This document shows, one piece after another, positions 1-11,130 of a DNA stretch of 64,000 nt (within the stretch, counting starts at the first letter, position 1; each line of letters begins with the position of its first letter). The stretch is from Lama guanicoe (lineage: Eukaryota): contig MU054187.1 in NCBI GenBank assembly GCA_013239625.1, positions 995,587 through 1,059,586 of the forward strand, in the 5' to 3' direction. The notes under the pieces are model-generated. The model was given only the letters and a program-made list of their open reading frames with translations. It made no database searches and was not told the origin of the DNA. Made by a program: the position numbers and the translations under genes.

Positions 1-1210
1 CCCAACCCCGCGCACCCCCTGACCCGCACATGCCCTGAGTCTCGGCCCCGCGCAGGGCCTCCTCCAGCCGGAGCCCGGGCGGCAGCGACACTGGGGGCCA
101 CCTGACAGGAGGACGCTGAGGCGGCGGCGAGATGGCTCCAAGGCTAAGGAAAACATGCACTTCCCGGAGCGAACCACGCGCGGGTCTGACTTCCATTCCC
201 AGGTGATCCCGGTTCAGTCCCGTTCCGCCTCCAGGGAACCAGTGGAGCCGCTCAGGCCGCCGCCTCTCGCGCGCCGCGCCCCGCCCGCCGCTCCGGTCCC
301 GGGAGAGTCCCCCGACGCTTGGCGCCAGTCCCTTGGCTCCGGTCCCCAGAGCCGGCGTGGAGGACGGCGCTGCACCCACGACTCCCTCTGCTGTCGGAAT
401 CCGGGCAGGAAGAATCCGAGAGCCAGGCGGGGAAGGGGGGCCTGGGACTGGCGTTGGCCCCTGTCCTAACGCCCCGGAGAAATTCGGGTTTCGTTCCACC
501 CCTTTAACCCCACATACCAGTCATTCCTTCTCGAATTTCCTCCCAAGTCTGCAACTGTCTCCGGGCTCAGAAACCCACACTCACAAGTTCGGTCCCTGGA
601 GAGGTGGGCTGTGGTACGACCCCACCCCCCACATTTTCCCTCTTTGCCACACATAGCTTCTAGGGTCCTTGTGGACATGATTCTGACCCGTGTACCAAGT
701 TTCAACGTTGTGTATTTCAGTTCCCCGCCTTAGCCCACGCGCGTCCGCACCGGTTGCCCAGTGCGGGTGGCGGGGCCCTCGGTGGCCGCCCCCGGGGACA
801 CCCACACAACCCTTCCGGGTGCGGGGATCAGCGGTCGAGAAAAGCAGGTGCAGCGGGTGGAGGTGGGGTCTGTGCGCCGCGGGGCGAGGGGCCGGCGACG
901 CCTGGGGGCGCGCCACTCTGGACCGGGAGTCGGGGGTGGGGGGGACTGGCGGCAGCGAGGAGAGGCGAGGGAAAACGGCAGAAACCCGGGTCGATGGTCG
1001 GTGGGCTCGCTTGGTTCCGGCGTTAAAAGGGCGGGGACGGCCGAGCCCTCCCGCCGACTTTATCATCCCCTGTTCGGTCCTGGAGAAGTCGGCCTCTTCC
1101 CGCCGCCCTGCAGAAGCCAGGGCTGCGGGCACTAGGCAGCTCGGCCCTGGGAAGGAGCCCGCGCCGGGCGCGCAGAGCTGTCTCACCAGGCTCGCGACGC
1201 CGACACTCAC

Positions 1211-1560
1211 GCGACCCGCGTCCGGCCGGATCCCCTCAGCGACTCCGCAAGGATTCCCAGCTAATTCAGCAGCGCTTTACAAGGTAGCAAAGCGGAAGGC
1301 CTTTGCTCTGCTTTCTTTCCCTCTGTCTTTTTATTGAACAGTAACCTGTCGTTTCTGCTTGGAGGTTCTGAGAAGAATCCACGACCTCTTTGCTCTAGCC
1401 TGGGAATTTCAAGTGGGGCCTCTCAGCTTTTAAATGTGGCCCCCTAATTGGTAATCAAGACTGTGGAGTCCTCCGAAGTAGCCCTTTCCATCTTATGTAA
1501 TTAGAAACCCAGAGAGGCTCTGGATTTTCCACGGTACATAATCTATATTTATTCTCTCTC
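1211..1560 (-). other. Candidate non-coding first exon of a minus-strand gene (5' boundary uncertain)
   Basis: Minus-strand donor CGC|GTGAGT (plus actcac 1205-1210) and an alternative CTG|GTGAGA at 1186. A candidate acceptor ttttccttag lies at plus 144-153. A GA/TC-rich tract lies just upstream. Confidence 0.4.
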
Positions 1561-1632
1561 CCCTCCCTCTCCCTCCCTCCCTCCGCCTCCCCCCGCCTCT
1601 CGTGCGCGTGTGTGCGCGCGCGTGTGCGTGCG
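1554..1632. repeat. Polypyrimidine (CT/CCCT) tract joined to an alternating (GC/GT) purine-pyrimidine tract
   Basis: ctctctcccctccctctccctccctccctccgcctccccccgcctct followed by cgtgcgcgtgtgtgcgcgcgcgtgtgcgtgcg. Confidence 0.9.
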
Positions 1633-1908
1633 ATTCCTTTCGTTTCTAGCATTAGGAAACTCGTTCACGGCCGCTGAAAGTCAGGGGCGGCTCAAATCTG
1701 GTTTCCCAAGGATTCCTGCCTCCAACGTCAGATAATGTCCGGAAACGCTGCCCCCAGATAAGCATGGGAGCGTTTTTTGGGGCAGGCAATTAACCCCTGT
1801 CCGAATATAAAGCGCCAGAGGAAGGTGAGACTGGAAGACGAGCAAGCCCTTCGCCTTCGCTGGTGAGGAAAGTGCGGCGCGGGGCCGGCCGCGGTGGGCG
1901 CCCCGCGC

Positions 1909-1936
1909 TTCAGCACCGGTGGGGATGGACAGCGTC
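1909..1936 (+). promoter_or_regulatory. Non-canonical (split-spacer) REST/NRSF RE1-like site
   Basis: TTCAGCACC (1909-1917), a 9-nt spacer, then GGACAGCGTC (1927-1936). The canonical spacer is 2 nt. Confidence 0.5.
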
Positions 1937-4900
1937 TCGGGACTGGGCCGCCGCCGCCGGGACGGAACTGCGCCGCCGCCGCCGCCCTCGCGCCGGGCAG
2001 CCGGGCTCCCCGCTCCTCGCAGCTAAGAGGCGGCGTCTCCTGGCCCCCCCTCGGCCCCTCCCCTTCCCTGACCGGCGACAAGTCACCCCCTCCACCTGCC
2101 GCAACCCCGCGCGGGGCTCGGAGGACCTCTCCTGTCCCACAGATTAAACTCCCAGCAGCAACTCGAAGACGGATCTTCTCCAGGGCCGAGGAACACGGGC
2201 AGAAGAGTGAGGCCGAAGTTCCCGGAGGCCTGAGACACCATGGGCTCCGCAGTCGGGGTCCGGGTGCCGAAAGGGCCTGGCGGGTCCGCGTAGGCAGCGC
2301 GCTCACGAGGGGACTGCACCCGCTTCGGCAACAGCTTCGTGAGAGGAGGCTCCGGACCCACTCAGACTGGAAGGCTTCGAATTCCTCTGCTGGGCAGGTA
2401 GGCGGTCAGCCTGTTATTTCTGCTTGTTTATAACTTGAGTGACTGCTTTCAAGATTTTAACAGTAAGATTAAAGCTATTATTTTTCCTTGTGGATCAAGA
2501 AGTTAAACAATTTGATTTTTAATGGTTGTTCCTGCATAATCTTCTTTGGGAAATTCTTACCTAATAAACAGTTGGACGTTTTACTTCTCTGAAGTCCCTT
2601 ATGGGACAAGAATATTAAAAATAATATTTATCAGTATCGATTGCTTATATAATTATAGTAAACTCTTAGCTGGATATTTTTTCAAGATCTAGTATCTTTT
2701 TGAATGTGTGTATGTCTTTTTTCCCCCAAATTAGTATAATCTGGCATTCTGGAATGGATTTCTTCTTGGTCTTCTGCATGCAGTTTAAAGTGATCCTGTC
2801 TGTTACATAGTATGCAAGACTCAAAAAGTTACTAGTAGTGATGATTTAACCATTTCTTCTATTATATTTTATATAATTATAATTTACCAAACCGTGGGCA
2901 GGATCAGACACATGTGTACACACATCTGATTCTTCTCTCTACACCAACCCCAAGTATACCTACACCTGTGGAATTTCACCTAAATAAATACATACATTTT
3001 TATGCAGTGTCTTCTTTCCAGCCTTTTAAAGCCTAAGACTGCTTGCTCAAACCAGATCTGCCAGAAGGCAGAAAATGAGCTTTAGCGTGCCTTTTTAGGA
3101 GAGCTGGGTTTCCATAGCATTCTGACTTCTTAGTTGCAAATACAAAATATATTTGTCATTGAAGTCCGAAGAGTGATGGGGGCCAATAGGTTTTTGACAA
3201 GCCCTAAACTTCAAAGTGTTAATTAAATCTATTTTCTGTTGATTCTTACTTCCGGAGTCTTACCCTGAAGCTTTAAAACCACAATCTTTCACAGTGACCT
3301 TGATAAGCATGCTGCTTTAATAAAAAGCGTTCACTGGGTAAACGCAGTTACACAGATTTATAGCCCATGCCTCCCATTTCACTAAGGCTCCATTGGCTCC
3401 GATGAGCACATTCAGTTAGTGGAGAGCTTCGACTCACAAGGACAGACTTTGACAATCACGTAAATACGTGTGATGCTGTAGGCATCACCAACACTGGGGA
3501 AAGAGTTTGCCCTTTCGAGAAATCACAGTTCTGTGGGTTTTCCTTTTCATCTCATAGATCATATATAACTGATAATAAAATACATATCCAGACCTCAGGT
3601 GCATCCCCAAATCCTGAGGCAGTTAGGATGGTGTTGGCTGGTGTGCTTTGCGTTGGCTGAGGGCAGCAATTGCACTCTGAGGAAAAATCATTCTTAACTG
3701 TCACTTGCCACTTACCATGAACCTGCTTGCTTAGCAGAAAGGGAGCAAAGGCATCTGTGTCACTGAGCTCCTCGGGGGCTGTGTTGCCCTATATAGGTCA
3801 GAGACGGTCATCTCAGGCGGAGACGTGCACTAGCGGTCTGAATATCTTCCCAGGAGACCTACAGTGCGCTCCTGACACAGCCTGATTTCCTTTCATTTTC
3901 TTTCTAATCTGAGAGATGTGGACGTGAAATTACCACACGGAGTAATTAATCACATTTTAGGAGAGTTACAGACTATTGTTAGGTTCTTATTTCAGTTAGT
4001 TGTCAGTTAGATTCTTATTTCAGTTGTCAGTGTTTTATTTTCATACCCTGGTTGGCAGAGCATAAAATGGAAGCAGAGAACGTGTCCCAGGAAGCCTGCT
4101 GCGGCCGCAGTTACCTTCTTAGTGGCAGAGGGGGCAGGCTTCCTCCATGTGTGGCTGAAACTGCACAAAATAAAAGTTACCTTTGCCTAATCCTGTTGGA
4201 GACCTAGTCATAGAAATAAATAACTAACTCACCATTCCAAGCCCAGGCAAGCCGCCTGGAAGCTGGAGTCAATCCTTATCTTTGGGGAAGTGTCCTTACA
4301 TTGAGACAGAGTTTTGTAAATCAATTTAATGCCTATGCAAATTCTAATCTCCAACTGACCCTCCTAAAAAAAGGAGTGGGTGGGCTAATGCAACCAATGC
4401 CCCTCCCCCTGCACAGAACCACAGACTGTCTTTAAAGGGAAATCAATACTTAATTCCAGGACATCCATAGCCCATTAAAGCAGGCTGTTTGTCTTGATGG
4501 TTGTTTTCGTCTGATACCAAAAACGGATGTGTGAGGTTTGGGGAGTACCAGACACAGTATTCAATATCCCTTCCCCAGGGAGAGGGGATTTTGTTGCTAA
4601 GGGTAAGTTCTGTTGTGTTGCTTATAGTCTGGGCTCATAAAAGAAAAGTGAAATAGGGTTGCACAATCAAGAAAATGTGAAGTGTATATTGGACCAGAGG
4701 ATAATTAAGAAATGAGCCCTGGAATCTGTTCAGTTGCTTTTCTTCTTTTAACAAAGAATAGTATGTGGCAAGAGGGACAGGGAGTTCTGGTCTGAACATT
4801 TAAATTACAAAAATATTATAAAAATACTCATGGATCAGTTTTTTTGCCTAAACCATCTAAATATTAATTGAAGCGTTTAATGTAATTATCGACCATCGGA

Positions 4901-5924
4901 TCACATTGAACTTGAATGTCCACAGCTTGCCTTTGGAATTGCTTGCTTGAGTTTGAACCAAGTTATATACATATTTACAAAAAATGTAAAAGTAAAAGAT
5001 GGTTATTATTGAGATTTAAAAAGGCCCTCAATCACTGACTTTTATTTTCATACCAATTAAAAGATATAAATTCCAGACAAGCAACCTGCCTATTCACCGA
5101 ATTCTATCAAGAAGGCAGCAGCCCCTAGTGAAGAAAAGTCAGAAATTATTTCTATATTCATGTCACCTCCCCTGAAACACATCCAGTGAATCACAGAATA
5201 GCACTCAAGTGGAAAGAGACCTTTTATTTAGTGTTTTCTTCCTGTGTGGCTCAGCAGAGCAAGCTGTACATGGCACGCAGTGAAGGAGCCGGCATCCTGC
5301 AGCACAAAACACGTTATGCATCAATGATGGAGTGGGACGTGTAATGGTTGACAGTCAAGAGATCCAGATTATTGAAATGCTGGTCTTTGGGTGTTGGACA
5401 AGTCACTCAACTCACTGAAACTTAATTTTTTTTCCTTAAAAGGGGGCAATTTACCTACCAACTAGGGAACAGTCCTTCATATACGATTGACACCTAAGTA
5501 TCTGTGGGATAAATGAACAGAAGCCTACTCTGTGGAATATTAGAAAGTCTCAACATGATGCTGTTGAGAGCATTTTGGAGACTTAAACGCTATAACTTTG
5601 AATTACTGCTAGTGATCTCCAATAGCATTCATTCCTTCACTCATCAGAAAACCCCATTGTGGCGAGCATGCCTCTTGCATTTAAGAGCTTTCATTGTATG
5701 GACTATAATACTTTCATATTATATTTTATTAATATATATTGATATATATTCATATGTGAATATTTTAATATTCATATACCAATATTTTAATTCAGCATCA
5801 GTTTTCTTGTATCTGTCAATGGAATAATGGAATGGTTTTAAAATATTTATGATTCAAAATGGTCACCATGTTTTACACCAAATGGTCAAGTCTAGGTCAA
5901 TATGACTCAAGTTCATTTTAACTA

Positions 5925-6289
5925 CAGTTGACCCTTGAGCAACGGGGAGGTTAGGGGGTGCCAACTTCCTATGCAGTTGAAAATCCACATGTAGCTTTTG
6001 ACTCCCCCCAAAACTGAAATACTAACAGCCCACTGTTGACCACAGTCCTTGCTGATAATGAACAGTTGATTAACACATTTTTATGTTATACTTGTATGTA
6101 CATCTGTTTTATGCATTCATGACATATTTTTGTCTTAATTTTTTCCATATTTCTAGGCTACACTTTTTGTCTGTTCATTTTTTCAATTGTTGCAAATCTC
6201 CCCCAATTTTTCCAATACATTTACTGAAAACAAATCTGAGTATAAGTGGACCCGTGCAGTTCAGATCTATGTTGTTCAAGGGTCAAATG
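5925..6289. mobile_element. Tigger2-family non-autonomous DNA transposon (TcMar-Tigger)
   Basis: Terminal inverted repeats CAGTTGACCCTTGAGCAAC and GTTGTTCAAGGGTCAAATG, with TA on both sides (5923-5924, 6290-6291). The interior resembles Tigger2a. Confidence 0.85.
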
Positions 6290-7982
6290 TATTTTCACTT
6301 TGACCTTAAATGAATCAATCACTTCCTCTCTGTCGTAATTTTCTGGTCTATAAGGGACAAATAATAATTGCCATAGGTTATACTGACAAGGAAACTCATA
6401 GGCTTAAATCGACTTGAAAAAGTCAATATCTGAAAGCACATCCAGAAAGCATCTTGATTTGATTTCTGGCTAGTGAAGTTGGAGTGACGTGTGGGCAACT
6501 CAGAGCTGACCCAGGGGTACCCTGGGAATGCCAGAGAGAAGGGGTCTTGGTTTAGTCCAGAGCTTGGGTTCTACTCTAAGATGTCTTCAGGAAATCGCCA
6601 GTTAAGCAACATCTCATTGCTTTTTTTCTTTCATTAGTTGGAGTTTTAAAATTGGCTGATTTTTGAAATGTAATCTTTCAACATTTTGTCTGCATAGACG
6701 TTCTAGACTGTGATCAAGAATAAACTGATGGTGAGTTTAAGAAATCTAAATTATCATTTGGTATTACAGTCAGTTTACACACAGTTTAAACTATTTGAAC
6801 TGGAAATGGAAAATTATATAATTACCTACTTAGTGATACAATTTTGAGAATTTTTTGGGTTTGATTTATTATCCCTTACCAAAAAAAAGATAAAGTAAAG
6901 AAACAATAGAGAAAGAGAAATGGGGAAAAAGTAGGAGGTAAAGGGTAATTAAAATAATGTCATGTGATCAAGAACTTCTCTTTCTATTATGATTGTGAAG
7001 CTTGTTCAGCACATTCTAAGCATGAAAAGTGTCAGAAGATCACTGTAGATTTTCATGAATTTGGTCCTCAAGTTATCATCAAAGGTAAAATAATAGTTTG
7101 TTTATTTTTAAATGAAAGAATCATTAAATCAATGCATTAGAAAGTGACTAGTTTTTATCACTTTCGTCACATTCAGTGTACGTACTTGCATACATGTTTA
7201 AAATTTAAATTTGTGAAGTAGTTATCACTCCATTTCTAATCAGCAATATATTGTCATTCACTCAAAATTTCAGAGCTGAAGATTTAATTTTATATACCTG
7301 ATGAATTCACAAAATAAATTAACAAAAAACATAAATCTTTTAGAAGTGGTACGAGATTTTCGGTAATATGTTACTCATACAAAACTATTTAAAAGAAAAA
7401 TGCATCCACTTTGAATCTGCTCAGAGGAATCTGTGATGAGAAATTGGTAAGTATCTGAGAGTAAGACATTTAGGAGCGTCAATAAGAAAACAGTATTGCG
7501 TGGTTAAACATGCACTGAGTTCTTAAGAAGCCTGGAGTCTTGCACGGTTTACTTATCAATAGATCATGTGATCTTGGGTCAATCACTTTACCTTAATTTA
7601 GCAGCTCATCTTTTTTTGATTCCTTTGTGCAGTCACTATCATGTCCATAAGAAAACAAACAAACAGACAAAACCCTGTAGGTTTAGTTGAGCTCAGAAAC
7701 TTTTCTTCCGATTCCTCTAAGACCTCTTCTCCTGATTAAGTCCCTGTACTCCTAGGGTGGAAAAGTCATGAGATTTATGATCAGACATATCTGAATTTGA
7801 ATTCTGGTATGCAGACTCGGTAACTGTACAGACTTGGGCAAGGGGTGCAGGCTTTCTGGGTCTCTTTATTTCCATATGTAAAACAAAGGAAAACGTCACC
7901 TCCGTGTGCCGCTGGGAACAGTCAGGGCAGAAGGCGCAGGGAACACACGGCAGGGACTCTCTCAAGGTGATGTGTGTGATTG

Positions 7983-8310
7983 TAGTTGGACCCCATATCT
8001 GCCGGTTCCATGCATATCCTTGAATTCGACCAACCAACCACAGATCAAAAATACTTGGAAAAAAATTTTGGAAAGTTCTGAAAAACAAAAATTGAATTTC
8101 CTGCACACTGGCAACTATTGCATACATTTACAATGTAGTAGTTGTTGTGAGTAATCCAGAGAATACTCAAAGTCTACAGGAGGATGTTGTGTGTGAGGTT
8201 GCATGCAGATACTGCACCATGTTACACAAGCGACTGGAGCATCCACAGGTTTTGGTATCTGCGGAGCATCCTGGGGCCCATCTGCCCTCTGACACCCAGG
8301 GGCGACCATA
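7983..8310 (-). mobile_element. MER2/MER2B-like Tigger-derived DNA transposon
   Basis: The reverse complement resembles MER2 (…GCAGATACCAAAACCTGTGGATGCTCCAGTCGCTTGTGTAACATGGTGCAGTATCTGCATGCAACCT…, GATCTGTGGTTGGTTGG). Confidence 0.75.
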
Positions 8311-10089
8311 CATAGCTTGTTAGGCCAGGCTGCCAGCTGTGGTTCTGGACAAGCAACCCACAGTTGCTCTCTTATTATTTCTTCAGATAAATTCCCCACG
8401 TTGTATGTTGTCATCCAAAACACCCTCAGCCGGCCACTATCCAGTCCTTCATGCTTCACCCTAGAGCGTTTCCTTTCCTCTTTCTGTATCCCAACCGACA
8501 TCTCTCTGCACGGCTTGTAAGGTCAATGTCTGCAGGGCTCTGGCAGGCAAGCTGATGAGCGTGCTGGCCAGGGGGGCGTGTGGTGAACCTTGGAGGGCAG
8601 TGCCCACCAGAGGCCCTGACTCTGAGCTCTCTGTGGTCAGAGTGAAACCTGGGGACTGAAAATAGACCTGGCAGGAAATCTCGTTTTCACCTAATTTAAT
8701 TTGGAACAAAGTGGACCACAAGCTGGACGCCACACAAGATGCCATCGGTGTCCAGGAGCCTGCAGACCGTTTCTTTTCTGATTTCAGTGGCATTTGTTAA
8801 AAACCAAAATGGAATATTTAGTCAAAGCCTTTTTTCAGTCCTCTCTGTTTTTACCCAAAAATGGGAAAATGAATCATGACTTGGCAAAAAACTTCTTATT
8901 ATCTTTTAAAAGTTTACAAGAAACGTCTCAAAAATGACGAATGGTTCAGAGGAAACATACGCAGTTTCTTTAAATGGTCAAAAATCTTCTGGGAAAAAAT
9001 AGTCCAGAGAGCAAACAGGGACGTGGCCAGATCAGCAACGCTCCATGCTGTGTTCACTCCAGCAGCGCTTCCCACTGCTCTTCCTCCTCCGGCACCTGCG
9101 ACAGCCGCTCCAACCCGGATGGAGCCTGGGTGAACCGGAAGACCGAGAGAGAAGGATGACCAGCTGTTGGCCGCCGTTGGTTAAACACAAAGTCCCTTCC
9201 CCTCCGTACAAACTGTGGTGCAGTTTTCAGGAAAAGGGGGGACTGTATTATAGGGTAGAAACAATCTAGCAGAGTTCTGGGTCATTTCATGTGTGTACTG
9301 CTGATGGAATTCTCAGCAAAAGTGGACTCATAGTCTTGTTGTCTGCCTAAAAGCTTGCTTTTCTAAGAACATGTTAAGATGAAATGTTCATAATGTGACC
9401 TTCAGTGTAATTAATGCACCGCAGCTTTGTGGACGTCCAATTACTTTTTGCTCAGAAATTAGTAGCATCCAGACGACACACAAACAGAGGGAGAGACTAA
9501 TGTGAGTAATAGTGCTTCTTGCTGGATAGCTCTGTTTCTATATTTAGTGGGTTTTCTCCCCATTTATCTTATGGTGAGTCCGCTCCAGTTTGGTTAGACT
9601 ATTTATCTTTTGTTTCTCTGGTCTGATTTTAATCTTGAAGAAGTGACACTCCTAAGAGTAGGTTAATCTAATTGCCTGAATATTACACCACTGATTGCAG
9701 ATAATACAATCAAGGTGTCATATGGTAGGGCATATTTTGAGTTAAGGTAAGTAAGATTAGGGTGGTTCATCTAATTCACTAAATTCGCAAATAGGCTGCT
9801 CATTCTTCTCTCTAAGCCATCATTTTCTCTATTTATTATAAGTCCTTCAAAGTGATTACCAACATATAAAATTTGTCTATTACCTGCTTATTCAGCGCGC
9901 CTATATTTTCCATTTTATATTTTCTTTCCATGGCAGTAAATTTCTGGAAAGCTCTGAAGTTAGAGTATTTCACTATTATGTGAAGCCTTCTTGGATCATA
10001 TAAGTATGTTCTGGGAAACCTAACCTTCTCCCCTAGTCCCTGTTCTCAGAGAGACTCAGGGCACTTTGGGTCCCCCTCTAGGGCATCTC

Positions 10090-10240
10090 CTGTGACTCTC
10101 ACAACAGGACCATGAGTCAAACATTATCTTCCCATTTTGCAAATGAGATCACTGACGTCCAGGAAAGTTCAAAGCTTCACCACAGATTGAGTCAAGATGA
10201 GGATTTGGGTCAGTATTTCGTACTTTTCCACGTCCTATAG
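10090..10240 (-). mobile_element. MIR SINE fragment
   Basis: ctcacaacaggaccatgag…cccattttgcaaatgagatcactgac…aaagttc resembles the MIR core. Confidence 0.55.
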
Positions 10241-10479
10241 CTGGTTTAGGAAGAGAACCTGCTTTTTGTCCCACCGATCACACGTTTTTACTTGCTTCAA
10301 ATTATGATCAAAACAAACCAAGCAACTGCATTTTGCTAACTTTTGCTTTTACTGACTAAGGAACTGGGGAGTTTCGATCCTGAGGGATTTTGAAGGGCTG
10401 GTGTGTCATCTTGGCTTTAATCTTACACAAATAGGGAGGTTTGCGGACGTCATAATCACATCGAGTGCCGTATCGCAGA

Positions 10480-11130
10480 CGCTTTGGTGAGTCATGAAAG
10501 ACCAGGGCTGGTTCTGTCGTGGTAATTCAGATCTGAGGTGATGAGAACTTGACCTACGGGGTGAAGGCTAGGACTGGATCGTAAAATGACAGGTGATGCC
10601 ACTAACAAAGGAAGAACCCAGAGGAGGAGCCCAGATGAGATCATGTGTTTGATGTGTGACGGATGCTGGTGAACACAGATGACGCTCATGTGACACACTC
10701 TTCTTTGGCAGGAAGGGTGTCACACTTGACTTGGGACATGTCCAGTGGGTGACGAAAGGGTGCAAGGGCCAAACGTCAGGTGAAGGAGGTACAACCTGCC
10801 ATGTCCAACTCAGAGTTATCCAGAAGGAGATTGTTGCTGAAAGATATGAAAATGTAGTAACTATTTAAGAGAATGAAGGAAAAGCAATCGTTTATGAACA
10901 TAAACACCCACATCTGAGGCGGGAGAAAGAATAAGAGAGAAGATGATGAGTGTGTACTTAGAAAAGTGTAAGGGAAAACAGAGTTTCAAGGAAAAAAAAA
11001 TAGATGATTTGACACTGCAGAGAGAGGAAAGGAGTAAAGATTCAAGTGCATTCAAGTGCAAGTGGGTTTGCCCCAAAGTAGATCTCTGGGCATCTTGGAG
11101 AGAACACTTTCTGAAAAATGGTTGAGATCA
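10480..11130 (-). mobile_element. Old LINE-2 fragment
   Basis: Purine-rich degenerate sequence with L2-antisense motifs (ggtgatgccactaac…gacttgggacatgt…gagagaaga). Confidence 0.45.

Larger units (their letters stand above)
1..2400. promoter_or_regulatory. CpG island 1, probable bidirectional promoter
   Basis: Very GC/CpG-rich to about 2400, then abruptly AT-rich. Splice donors face outward on both strands: minus GTGAGT at 1210-1205 and plus CAG|GTAGGC at 2398. Confidence 0.9.

Noticed and set aside
155..2433. Many overlapping 100-215 aa ORFs on both strands in island 1
   Set aside because: Pro/Arg/Gly/Ala-rich frames are expected from stop-codon scarcity in GC-rich DNA. Most start at non-ATG codons and none has a recognisable domain.
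7344..7452. Possible plus-strand exon ending at TTG|GTAAGT (7447)
   Set aside because: The acceptor has only a very short pyrimidine tract, and a donor motif alone is insufficient.
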